This document shows, in pieces, positions 26,968 through 39,408 of a stretch of 64,000 nucleotides of DNA. This DNA is from Hemiscyllium ocellatum. Its lineage: Eukaryota. The notes below the pieces were generated by a model. The model was not told where the DNA came from and made no database searches. It saw only the letters and a list, made by a program, of their open reading frames with translations. Position 1 is the first letter of the stretch. Every line of letters starts with the position of its first letter. The position numbers were made by a program, and so were the translations under genes. The DNA is taken from positions 43,263,575 to 43,327,574 of the forward strand of contig NC_083425.1 of NCBI RefSeq assembly GCF_020745735.1, written 5' to 3'.

Positions 26968-29378
26968 TTTTCCTCAGCTATTCCCTGTGTTAGTGAGTTC
27001 CACACCCCAGTTATTCTGTAGGTGAAGAACTTAATTTCAGATTTGGCTGTTTCTACAGAATACTCCAGCTGTGTATAGTCAAATTTCTATAAAATTTTAG
27101 GATGACTTCTCTACATTTTAGTTTTATGTGCTCTAATATTGTTTTGTTTTTGGCTGGCCTTATGTACCTACATCCCTTTTCTGAGCCGTTTATGCTATTG
27201 CACTCCCAGATCTCTTTGCTCCTTTATCCTGTTTAAAATCTCTTTCTTTTAAGTAATGAGATATTAAAATATAGTACTGTGCACTTGTCTGTGTTGAAAT
27301 AATTTGTCAAGTTTTTGCCAATTAACAATTGCTAATGTTTTCTTTTAATTTGTTGCAGTTTTCATAAATGAGCATTCTCCACCCCAGTTTTCTAACCACC
27401 AAAAACCCAACTCCTATAACCTGATGTTATCTGCAAATTTAGAAATTGTGGCTGGGATATAGTAGGCAATATCTTTCTTTCTCAGATTAAGTAGGTATAT
27501 TAGGTGATTAGTAACTCACCACTTCCACCTTTGAAAAAACTCAACCAACTCCACAGCAGTCAGTTTGTTAGGAGCTGATTGGTCTGCTTTGGCAATTACC
27601 CTGGCCAATTGCAGGCCTCAAAAGTGAAGTTATTGGCCAATTAGAATCCAGTAGTTTCTGGATTCTAAAGACTATGGACCAATGCCTCCTACTCAAGGAT
27701 CCAACAGCAAGAAGGTAGATTTTTCTGTTTTACCTCGAATAGGATAGGTATTGTGGGGAGAGTGAAAGGTAGTGGTGTGGCTTTCTGAAGCCCTCTTCCT
27801 TTCCTCCAGAGAACCCTGTCAGGGAATATTCAAGCCGGGGATCAGAAGGAAAAGAGAGGCTCTTAGCAGGTGCAAGGGCACAAACCAAGAGGCTCTTATG
27901 GAGTATGAAAAAGTGCCGGGGGGAGATGTTAAGAAATATTTGGAGAGCAAAAAGGTGGCAATGAAAAAAGATTGATGGGTCAAATTAGACAGGATCCCAA
28001 GATATTCTACAAGTATATTAAAGGAAGGAGGATAACTAGAGAAAAAGTAAGGCCAGTTAGTGACCAAAAGAGCAGTCTGTGTGTGGAGGACATTTTAGGT
28101 GGGCTGTGTGTGGGGGGGAGGGGGTGGGGGGTGGGTGGGTGTAGACCAGTGCTTAACTCTATCCTCATCCAGGAGAAGGACAATGTAGATACAGAATTTG
28201 GTGAGAGAGACTGTGAGATTCTTGAGCAGATTAACATGGAGGTTTTGCAGGCTTGAAAGTGGAAATACCCCCAGGACCAGATGATATATCCCAGGTTGCT
28301 CTAAGAGGTTAGACAGAAATGCACAGTAGCTCTGACACAAATTGTTTATTCCTCTCTGGCCACAACTGGAGGACAGCTAATGTGATTCAACTTTTCAAGA
28401 AGGGTAGTTGGGATAAACCGGGGATTTACAGACCAGAGAGTCTCACATCAATAAAACTCCAAAAGGGAAACTATTTGAGAGAGTTCTAAAGGAAAGAACT
28501 AATCTTCCTAGGAAAGGTAATGTTTGATCAGGAATAATTAGTATGGCTTTGTGAGATTGTGGTCACACCTAACAAATTTGACTGAATTGTTCCGGTGACT
28601 AGGTGTGTAGATGAGGTAAGTGTGATTAATGTAATTTATATGGCTTTCTGCAAAGCCTTTGACAAGGGCCCACATGGGAGAATGATAAAGAAGGTAAAAG
28701 CATATGGGATCCTGCATAACTTGGCAAGATAGATCCAAAATTGGCTGAGAGGTAGGAGGCTGTTTGTGTAATTGGAGGTATATAAATTATATAAATGAAA
28801 TTGTGGGGAATTGAGGTATAATAACAAAGTTTGCAGATGGCACAAGGATTTGTCAAGTGGTTAAGGATAAGAAATAGGAACAGGAGTAGGCCATTCAGCC
28901 CTTTGAGCCTTCAATAGCACCATGGCTGATCCAACATTCCTCACATCCACTGTCCTGTGTATTCTCTGTATCCCTTGATTCCCCTACTGATCATGAGCCT
29001 GGACATCTCAGACTTAAACATGCACAAGGACTCTGCCCCTACAGCTCTCTGTGGCAAGGGGTTCCAAAGATTCACAAACACCGTCCTACACCGCGCCCCA
29101 ACCGCACCCCTCCCAACCCCATCCAACACCGACCCCCAAACCCATCCGACACCATCCCCCCAATCCCAGTCTAACCAATCCTGTCTAATACCAATCCCCA
29201 ATCCCACAAACATCAGTCTTAAACTAGCACCCCTCTATTCTGAGACTATGCCCTCTGCTCATATACTTTCCATGAGGGGAATCATGCTTCCAGCATTTGC
29301 CCTGCCAAGCCCCCTAAGAATCCTATATGTTTCAGTGCGTTCACCTCTCATTCTTCGAAACTCCAGAGACAGTCCCAA

Positions 29379-29815
29379 TCTCTGGATGTAGGTTTGCTCG
29401 CTGAGATAGAAGGTTCATTTCCAGATGTTTCGTCCCCTACTAAGTAACATCTTCAGTGGGCGTCTGGGCAAGCACTGCTGATGATTCCTGCTTTCTATTT
29501 ATATGTTTGGGTTTCTTTGGGTTGGTGATGTCATTTCCTGTGGTGATGTCATTTCCTGTTCTTTTTCTCAGGAGGTGGTCAATGTGTTTGTTGATAGAGT
29601 TCCAGGTGGAATGCCATGCTTCTAGGAATTCTCGTGCATGTCTCTGTTTGGCTTGTCCGAGGATGAATGTGTTGTCCTTCCTTATCTGTATGTAAAGATA
29701 CTAGTGAGAGAGGGTCATGTCGTTTTGTGGCTAGTTGGTGTTCATGTATCCTGGTGGCTAGTGTTCTGCTGTTTGTCCAATGTAGTGTTTGTTCCAGTTC
29801 TTGCACGGTATTTTT
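29379..29815 (-). mobile_element. Penelope-like element family B, 5'-truncated
   Basis: KIPCKNWNKHYIGQT / LATRIHEHQLATKRHD (GIY-YIG). 7-bp direct repeat gtcccaa at 29372-29378 and 29816-29822. Confidence 0.85.
29421..29459 (-). ncRNA. Minimal hammerhead ribozyme (family B), partly decayed
   Basis: cca-CUGAAGA-U-GUUAC uuagua GGGGAC-GAAA-C-AUC|ugg. Confidence 0.65.
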
Positions 29816-32458
29816 GTCCCAACCTGTTTAGCATTTCGTCATTAGACTATCCTGCCATTCCAGAGATCAGCCTAGTTAACCTTTTCTGAACTGCCTCCAA
29901 TGAAATGATGTCCTTCTTTAAGGGGACCAAAACTGCTCACAGTTCTCCACATGTAGTCTCACCAGTGCCTTGGAAAGCTGCAGAATTCCCTACTCTCATA
30001 CTCCAACCCCCTGAGAAAAGGACCAACATTGCATTAGCCTTCCTGATTACCGACTGGGGCTGGGCTTTGTGTACAAGTACTCCCAAATCCCCTTATGTTG
30101 CAGCTTGCTGCCATTTTTCTTTATTTAAATAATTTTCTGTCCTATTATTCTCCCTTCCAAGCTGAATAGCTTCAAATTTCCCCATATTATACTCCATTTG
30201 CCAACATTTTCCCACTTACTGAAACTAGCAATATCTCTTAGTCAACAGTTTGTATCCCTCTTGAAACTTGCCTTTCTATCTATATTTGTACCGTCTTCAA
30301 ATTTGCCTACAGTACATTCATGTACCCACTCACTGTTTACTTCCCATTAGTTAAATCTCTATCCACACCAATATACTACCTCCATCATGATAGGCTCTTG
30401 TTTTATGACTTACCCCTTTTGTGATTATACTTTGTTGAATGCTTTCTGGAAATCCAATTAAAACATATCCACTCAATCAACTCCGGTTGAGACTTCCTCA
30501 AAAAAATCTCTAATAAATTAGTCAGACATGATTTTCCTTTCATGAAGCCATGCTGACTCTGCTTGTTTAGATTATGACTTTCCAAATGTTCTGCTATTGA
30601 GTCCAGTACTTTTTGAACAATAGAAGTTTGAAAATTAGCCTATTGTTATCCACTTTTTGCTTCCTTCCTTTTTGAATAATGGTGTCAGATTGGCAATTTT
30701 CCAATCCTCTGGCACTTGTCCAAACTTTTTACCACTCTTCAAGGCTATCGTTGCCTCCTTATCTGCTTTTTTGTTCAACTTAATGCTCTCTTTAACACCC
30801 TTGGTTAGCCATAGTTGGTTTATCCCTCTCTTAGAATCTTTCCTCCTTAATGGAATGTATTTTTATCTGAGAGACATGTATTACCCCCTTAAATGTCTTC
30901 CACTATTTGTTTACTGTCCTTTCTGCTAATCTATCTGTGCAGGCCACTTCAGCTAACTCTACCCTAATTTCATTGTAATTCCCTTTATTTACATCAAACA
31001 CAGTTGTTTCCAACCCAGGTTTCTCACTCTCAAATTGAATATTAAATTCTATCATATTATGATCACTAGTCCTGAGGAGATTTTTTTGCTCAGAGGTTAT
31101 TTATTAAACTTGCCTCATTACCCATTACTTGATTCAAGATATCCTGCACCCTGATGTCTTCATGACATATTGCTATGGGACATTATCCTTAATATACTGT
31201 ATGAATTTGATTAACCTCATTGACAAGAAGATTAAAGTCACCCATGATTATTGCTCTTTTCATTTCTCATACTCCTATTATTTGTTGATTTATAGCCTTT
31301 CCCACAGAGTGGCTATTGTTTGGGGGTCTGTACACTGTCCCTACTAATGTCTTCATTCTATTGCTGTTTACAACCTTCATCCAAATGTACATCATCTGAC
31401 CCTTGACCATCTCCCACAATTCTCTTAATTTCATCGTTTAATAACAATACTGCCACCATCATATTTTCCATGCCCCTATCTCTCTGAAAGGTCAAATATT
31501 CCTGAATATTAAGTTCTCAGTTTTGATCTCCTTGTAACCATGTTTCTGTAATGACTGTGAGATTATATTCATTTACCTCAATTTGCAGCATCAATTCATC
31601 TACCTTATTCCAAATGCTTCATCCATTAAGTTGCAAAGTCTTAACGTTTGTTCTATTATTGAATTTCCCTACACTTTTGTGATTTGTTGGTACAATGTGA
31701 AGTTCACGCAATCTGCATACCCCTTTTATTTTCTGGTAACAATCGCTAACTAGCAATCTTACCTTCTCCTTTACCTTTGATTTTATAATTTTCCACGTAA
31801 CTGAAACCCCACCCCACATCCACTATTTAGTTTAAAGCCCTAACCTGAGCTCTAGTTATGCATTTCACCAGGGTTCTGGTCCCAGCATGATTCTGGTGGA
31901 GACTGTCCCATCGAAGCATCTCCCTTCTTCCCCAATACTGGTGCCATATCCTGAAAATCCGAACCCATTTCTCCCATACCAATCTTTGAACCCTGTGTTT
32001 ACCTCTTTAATTTTGTTGATCCTATGCCAATTAGCTTGTTACTTATAGCAAGGAAGAAGATCTTAGGTTATAGGAAGATATAGATGCTTTGGTCAGGTGG
32101 TCAAATCAGTGGCAGATGGACTTTAACCCTTGAACATTTGAGGTCATGCACAATGTAAGAAGTAACAAGACAAGGGAGTACTCAATGAATGACAGGACAA
32201 TAGGAAACTCAGAAGAACAGAGGGATTTTGGGGTGCTTGTCCACAGATCCTTGAAGGTGATAAGGCAGGTTGATAGGATAGTTATAAAGTCATAGAAAAC
32301 ACTTGCCTTTATCAGTCATGGCATAGATTATAAAAGCAGGAAGGTTATGTTGAAGCTTACAGGACTTTTGTTCAACTACAGTTGGTGTACCATGTATGGC
32401 TCTGGTCACCACATTATTGGAAAGATGTGATTGCAATGGAAGGGGCAAAAGGAGATTC

Positions 32459-32683
32459 GAGTAAAAAATGAGGTCTGCAGATGCTGGAGATCACAGCTGC
32501 AAATGTGTTGCTGGTCAAAGCACAGCAGGCCAGGCAGCATCTCAGGAATAGAGAATTCGACGTTTCGAGCATAAGCCCTTCATCAGGCTTATTCCTGATG
32601 AAGGGCTTATGCTCGAAACGTCGAATTCTCTATTCCTGAGATGCTGCCTGGCCTGCTGTGCTTTGACCAGCAACACATTTGCA
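32459..32683 (+). mobile_element. Young fold-back mini-PLE (family A) with hammerhead cores on both strands
   Basis: Perfect 92-bp inverted arms 32496-32587 / 32594-32685, 6-nt loop, 37-nt extension. 14-bp TSD gcaaaaggagattc at 32445-32458 and 32684-32697, inside a CR1. Confidence 0.95.
32591..32626 (+). ncRNA. Minimal type I hammerhead ribozyme (family A), intact
   Basis: auuc-CUGAUGA-A-GGGC UUAU GCUC-GAAA-C-GUC|gaau. Confidence 0.85.
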
Positions 32684-34569
32684 GCAAAAGGAGATTCACC
32701 AGGATATTACCTGGGTTGGAACATTTCAACTCTGAAAAGACTCTGGGTCAGCTCAAGTTATTTATTTTAGAGAAGCAAACGCTTAGGTGGACTTGGTGGA
32801 GTGTGTATAATTATGGGGCAGGGACAAGGTGGAGAGGAAACAACAGTCCCCCTACGTTGAAGGGTAATGACGGGGCTTAATTAGGTGAAAGGAGATTAGA
32901 GAGAATTTGCAGAAAATATTTTCACCCAGAGGGTAGCGGGAATCTGGAATGCGCTGCCTGGGTGGTAGGCGAGGCAGGAAAACTCACAACCTTTAAAAAG
33001 TATGTGGATGAGCACTTGAAATGATGTAACATTCAAAGCAGTGGGTCTGCTACTAGTTACTGGGACTAGTGTAGATAAGTAAGTGCAGACTGAAAAGGAG
33101 AACAGCCTCTTCTTTAGCTTATGTCTCTATAATTCATTTGGGATGGGAATAATTCATAACCTCCATGGTCTTTCGTTTGATGGAAAGAATACTGTGCATT
33201 CTTCTAGTTGTTTGGATTTGCAATGTGCACTGTCATGTGTACAGACACATGCACTAGTTAAGTTGGCAGAAACCTTGAGTGCTTATATCTCTTCCTGACA
33301 CAGTGAACATTTGAGGAGATATCTTCAAAGTGGTATTGCATAGTATTCAAGATTGCTCTCATATGGATGTGAGACCTCCTCACATCTACATCATGATTAA
33401 ATGAACTCAATGTGTTGGCACTCCAGTATTGAGTAATATTGATCAAAGATTATTCAGAGTGTCACCGTGATGCCCTCATTGTTGCAGCAATTCTCTCCTC
33501 TAAGGCAGGACTGATCCACAGTCCCACACCCTCCACAATACTGAGGGCAAAGAGACAGGACCCAAATCCACTCCACCCAGAACGGGGATAGATATTGTTG
33601 GACCAAACTGGCTGATCAACCATCAGAGTCAACCAATACTCAAGGAGTCCAAGTTCTTGTGACAACATGCACTCTTCCATGTATATTTTTGTCCAGAAAC
33701 TATGAATAGTGATGACAGAGTTTCTGATTTTGTTTGCATCACATGAATGACAAGAAATGGCTCCCATTCTTGCCATCTATCATTTTCATATGTTGAAAGA
33801 ATTTATACATTAACACACAACCTGTATGGCCTTGTTACGAACACCCTTTGAGTATTCAGAGCTTCTGGCTCAGAGGCAAAGATGCAACCCATTGTGCCAC
33901 AGGACCCCCTTCATGTATTGTAGAAAGGAGACCTATCTTTTATCTGAAACGGACAATGCTCTGTATACAATCCACTGGCTTTTCTGGAAAACTTTCAACA
34001 ACAAAGATCCACTTTAGCATGGATGCCTCTGAAGTCATTTGCTGTCATTCAATTACACATCAACATTCAAACCCTGCAACTTTATTGTGATAAAACAGTG
34101 TGAGAAACAACTGCAGACAATATTTCATGAGAGGGTGGGAGTTCCCAACTTATGCTGGTGTCTGGGTTGATGGACCTCAAAAGAAATACGAACAAATATG
34201 ATGTTTAGTTAAAATTAGCAAAGTGTTGATGTGTGGATTCAGTTATGAGGGACTCAAGTGGCAGCACAAAGGCAGTCCATGATCTCATCCATACAGCTTG
34301 CACCTTTGTTTTAACTGGTAACTGACTTTTAATTCTGTATGGACCATTCATCATGTGACCTGTCTTCAACATGAGGCACTCCAATTGTCAAGTAACAAGG
34401 TTTTCAACATGACTTCCTTGTACCATTGTAAGCATCTAGTCACATATTTACTGCCCTCAATAAATTCGGTCATATTCCTCTGTTAAAGGGTTTCAGCACT
34501 GCCCTCACTTTCGTTCTAATCTGCCTACCAAATATTGTAAAAATAAATTAATCAACTAAAGTGTTGGAC

Positions 34570-34962
34570 ACTGAGGGGTGACCATATAGAGGTTTATAAA
34601 ATCATGAGGGGCATGAATAGGATAAATAGACAAGGTATTTTCCCTGGGGTGGAGGAGTCCAGAGCTAGACGGCATAGGTTTATGGTGAGGTGGGAAAAAT
34701 TTAAAAGGGACCTAAGGGGCAGCTTTTTCTCACAGAGGGTTGTGCATGTATGGAACGAGCTGCCAGAGGAAGTGGTGGAAGCTGGTACAATTACAGCATT
34801 TAAAAGGCACCTGGATGGGTATATGAATAGGAAGGGTTTAGAGGGATATGGACCGACTCTCTGCAACTGGGACTAGATTACTTTAGGATATCTGGTCGGC
34901 ATGGACGAGTTGGACTGAAGGGTCTGTTTCCATGCTGTACATCTCAATGACTTTGTGACTCT
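34570..34962 (+). mobile_element. CR1/HER1 3' end, relatively young
   Basis: ORF 34604-34876 reads FFSQRVVHVWNELPEEVVEAGTITAFKRHLD. Confidence 0.9.
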
Positions 34963-36400
34963 GAAAATGTTTCATGAAGCAGAAAGTGTCAGGTGATTCA
35001 AGATGTATCAACAATAAAGACACCACCACAAAGTAATTAATAAGAAGCATAAAACTAGCTTTGTTCAATTAAAAAATATACCCTTATGGCAAATTGCATG
35101 TTGTAACACATTTTTAGCAGACAAGAAAATAAAGCAAATAATGCTTTGATTTCTCTTTCCATATTAAAAGTCAAAAAACACACACAAGGAAACCCAATAT
35201 GTGTGCTCACACAGAACCAATGATGACTGATGTGATTCAGACAGTAATTACTTCAGGTTATGTTCCATCAATCGTTTTTATTTATGACCTGAGGTCAGAT
35301 TCAGAAATGTACCTGCAATTAGTTTTTTTGTTGCGATTTATGACCTCTCTTGTTAACAAAAATCATTTGTACCAGAACATTATTGTGAAAGAATCACTCT
35401 TTGCTTCCGTGGACCACCTCTGCAATATTCTTGCATATGGGACTAATTGTAAAGTATTCTTAATGTTTTAAGTCTTCCATTCTAAGGCATTATTGTGTAA
35501 GAGTTTGTATGACATTGAAAATATAACAGGCTAAACTTCATAAAAGATTTATGATTTACAATTTTTGTCACCCAGCTTCTGAATCTCGCGTTAACTCTAT
35601 CTTAGAGGGATAAGACAAAGATGTGTTAAAGACTCCTAAGGCAGAATTTTCATTTGGCTGAGGGACAGCACCAGAGAGAAACAATCAAAATCCATTGAAT
35701 GAAGACAAGGGAGACAATAAGGGGGAGATAGAAGAGGAATGATACTAGGCTGTAGAGAGTTCAATCTGGGGTATAACGGTTCTGCAGAAACACTGAAGGA
35801 ATATTTACATTCCCTATTCAATGTGGTATGTGCTGGGCCTTCAGTTTACAATGGTTTTAACAAGCTTTATCAATGGATTTCTTTCTGGTTATTATCAACC
35901 TCGCAATCTGCAGGAAAAACATTGTTGCATGGAAGAGAAGAAATCACTCCCCTGTGAGATTGCACTCATCAGGCCAGGAACCAAATTTCAAAGGGACCAA
36001 CAGCATGGAAGAAGAAGCTGACTGGTTGGCAAGTCACTCAGAAAAGTTAAGGGTTGCCATGGAGAGTTGTCCAGCAAACTAGTATTCTTCCAAGCTTTTA
36101 TTTAACTAAAAAAGTGTGAAGTACTTGGACAAGATGCAGGTCCCTACGTCCAATTGTTGCGCCTTTTGAAATTTGCATTTTTGCTTATGTCCTGATGATT
36201 ATACAACAGAAAAGTTCAACAATATTCACTGATACTCACTTTCTGTACTACAAAAAGACTGTTTAAATACAGATGAGGTACTTCAAGGAGGGCAGCAAGT
36301 GACTTGGCAGAAATAGATATTAAATGAGCATGAATTGTCTTTTGGCAAAGTATGTTTAGAGGGAATAAAAACTCAAAGAATTGCTGATGGTGTAATTTTG

Positions 36401-36488
36401 AAACAAAAACTGAAGTTGGTGGAAAAGCTCAACAGGTCTGGTAGCATCTGTGAAGAGAAATCATAGTCCAGTGACGCTTCCTCAGAAT
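36401..36488 (-). mobile_element. PLE family C pLTR fragment
   Basis: Matches the arm of the 56602-56823 element and ends at ttcctcagaa, the reverse complement of the HHR 5' core. Confidence 0.6.
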
Positions 36489-36704
36489 GTTTAGAGAGAG
36501 GTTCTCACAACATTCTGGTTCACAATACTTATCAATGGATGTAAGTACAATTATGTGTTCAATTGACTGAAATATCGTTGAATGTGTTCTTTTATTATTT
36601 TCATAAAAACACATTTTGAAACTGTTCTTTGCAGACCATTTTGGTTATTGTGTAAAGTTAGCCCAGCAGCATGGCTGACTACTGTTAGACATCCATTAAA
36701 TGAG

Positions 36705-36836
36705 GCGAAAGTGAGTACTGCAGATGCTGGAGATTAGAGTCAAGATTAGAGTGGTGCTGGAAAAGCACAGCAGGTCAGGCAGCATCCGAGGAGCAGGAAA
36801 ATTAATGTTTCGGGCAAAAACCCTTTATCAGGAATG
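36705..36836 (-). mobile_element. PLE family A single arm with extension
   Basis: Extension plus arm, ending at atcaggaatg. 7-bp direct repeat aaatgag at 36698-36704 and 36837-36843. Confidence 0.8.
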
Positions 36837-38518
36837 AAATGAGTCAATTTCAAAAAGTCAGCGACAAAGTAATTTTGCCAGTAATCTTGTAAAGAAAGAA
36901 TCGATACTGTGGCACTGGAAAGGGCACAGCATCTGAGGAGCTAGAAAATTAACATTTCAGGCATAACCCTTCATTTTGTAAGGAAATATAAAGAAATTGA
37001 GATGTTAAGAAAGAACAAACATGGGTGAAAAATGGGAGAATTTCAAAAGAGAGATGAATAGGGTGCAAGCTAGGTACATAGCCATGAGAAATAAATCTAG
37101 GGTATCTAAAGCTAGAATACCCTGGATGACAAAAGATATTGAGAAGAAAATAAGGATGAAAAAGGAGGTAGCTGGGTAGTATTTTGGGAATCCACACAGA
37201 CATGATAGATCGAATGGTCCTCTTCTTCCTGTAAAATTCTATGATTCTACTTGAATTTTTTGTAAGTGTTACAATTTTGGCACTACCTAAAGGACTTCAT
37301 TAACAATTGCATTTGAAGTGTACTTACTATTGTACTATAAGGAAACATGGCAGTCAAATTATGCATAGCAAGATCCCACAATCACAATGACATTAATGGC
37401 CAAATTATGTGTTTTGACCCTATTAAATGAGGAATGTATGCTAGCCTGAATATTTTTCAGACATTTTCCCTCCTCTTCATCATGCATAATCCCAAAAAAA
37501 GCCTTGTTCTTATGCATTGTTCGTATTCATAGAACAATGCCCATGTCAATGCAGCACCCCAGTAACAGTTGGAGTGGGATTTGTGTAAATTACCTTCTGG
37601 CAAAACTTTGAGAATGCAATCTCTGATAGTTCAGAAATTAGTATAAACTGAAAAATGACCATGATCACTTCCAACAGATAAATAGTATTTATTCTGATGG
37701 TTCACAGACCTTGTTAAGCTGCAAATGGATTTACCATATGAAGAAACGCATTAGGCAAACATCACTACTGGAACCAAGTGCAGGGTCAGAAAGTTGGCGT
37801 GTTGATTATGCCTCTGATTCAGTTTTCTTTCCATTCTGGCTTGATCTTCTTGTTGAGGATCGCTTCTGCACCTTTTAGTGAATCTTCAATTGAAAACATT
37901 GCAACAAAGGAAGAACATTTGATAACAGTGTGAAGTAATAAGACTTTTCAACAACGTGGAGAGAAGAGCCGAATTTTACTGGTGCAAGTAAACAAGATCA
38001 ACAGTGTCAAACTGTTTAAAGAGCTGCAGCAGCAGAGCTGTCACACAAGGCACTGAGCACGAGAAAAGGAGAGGAGTGAAAGTGTTCAACTGTATATCAA
38101 CTAAATGATCTGCTGAAACCTCCCTGTCTGAGTGATTAAATTAAAGATTATGTCGGGGATGTAGTTCCCATACACTGTGACATTGTTGTAGCTGCATTTG
38201 TTGTGTAAATTCAAACTGCTCATGTTGTGATACCAGTGTGTTGCAATCTGCTATTAATTATGTTATTCCTTGTTGTCATTGCTTCCAATTACAAATCTGC
38301 TCAATTCTGTGCTGTGCTTATTATGGTAATCAGTTTGAACAATAGAGTTCAGTTAAGTGATAATGATTTCACACATATTCTACTTTGATCAGCTACAAGA
38401 GACTATGAATTGCTCATGATGCTTCTGCACCACCCCTCCCCCTATCCTCCCCACCCCAACCCACCCAAGTTGATCTGGAGTTTGCAAATTTGCAATTTTC
38501 ACCGTCACTCTTCAACCA

Positions 38519-38633
38519 TGATTTGGAGATGCCAGTGTTGGACTGGGGTGTACAAAGTTAAAAATCACACAACACCAGGTTATAGTCCAATAGTTTTAAT
38601 TGGAAGCACACTAGCTTTCGGAGCGATGCTCCT
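38519..38633 (-). mobile_element. PLE family D single arm with HHR
   Basis: Minus strand reads (U)UGAAGA-A-GGAGC AUC GCUCC-GAAA-G-CUA|gug. 10-bp direct repeat tcttcaacca at 38509-38518 and 38634-38643. Confidence 0.7.
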
Positions 38634-39345
38634 TCTTCAACCAGATTCAGAGTAATCTACCTCTGGGTGTTATGTCAAGCCCTAGATCTATCCCACTCAT
38701 GACATTTTTAAGACATGATCGAGGTTAGCAGCATTACCCAGCAATTAGTACTGATACAATCCTCAGTGCCCCATTAGAGGAGTTCAACTCAAATTTTCCA
38801 GTTGGCGATCAAGTTTCTGCTCTGCTGAGGGACAGAAGTATGTGTCTGCTGACTGGTAGGGTGAGGGACATGCTCCAGGCAACCATACATGCTCCAATTT
38901 ACAACCATTTACAGGTCACCCTACTGACGGTCTCCCCCACCCACCTATCACCGCAGTAAACAACAGTTTAAGATGTTGAAGGGAGAAAACCTCCATATTG
39001 AAGTGCTCTTTCCCTTATTGACTCTTTCTATTGTTCCTCTTAAACTGGAAGTCCTATTATCAACCTTCCAGCTACATGAACCTTCCCCTATATTTGAACG
39101 AGGAACCTTAGTTCATAAAGGGGAACCTTTCTCGATGACTGAAGGAAAAGCAACTTTTCTCTGTTTGCTCCTATCACAAGTGAATTATAACAATAATGCG
39201 AAAATCAATAAATCAGTGATAGTGCAAATATTGAGTCTGTATTTTGCTGCATAAGTTTGTTCCCAATCATGCACAATTAAAATTATGTTTGGAGACATAT
39301 AAATTGCTTATATTTATCTTTACTCCTTGTTTCTTTATGTTGCAG

Positions 39346-39408
39346 GTAATCATCAACACAATTATAACCATTTAGGACTGATCAGTCCAACTCGAACTCC
39401 CACAAATG
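39346..39408 (+). CDS. Candidate 63-nt internal exon of an unidentified host gene (phase 1/1; NHQHNYNHLGLISPTRTPTN)
   Basis: Long polypyrimidine tract plus tgcag acceptor, ATG|gtaagt donor, length divisible by 3, only the phase-1 frame open, non-repetitive context. Confidence 0.55.

Larger units (their letters stand above)
28866..32040 (-). mobile_element. CR1 LINE inserted antisense in the outer CR1
   Basis: 3' end taagaaataggaacaggagtaggcc, VNLWNPLPQRAV, SQHGFMKGKSCLTNLLE, and endonuclease-like remnants toward 31500. Confidence 0.75.
27815..33135 (+). mobile_element. CR1 LINE (outer element of a nested stack)
   Basis: IRQDPKIFYKYIKGRR through KFADG at ~28840. The RT resumes at ~32048 and runs to the 3' end. 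Confidence 0.7.

Noticed and set aside
32459-32683. Interpretation of the hairpins as DNA-transposon MITEs or pre-miRNAs
   Set aside because: The ends are asymmetric, TSD lengths vary (7-15 bp) and the arms match the terminus of GIY-YIG retroelements in this window. Small-RNA production is not excluded.
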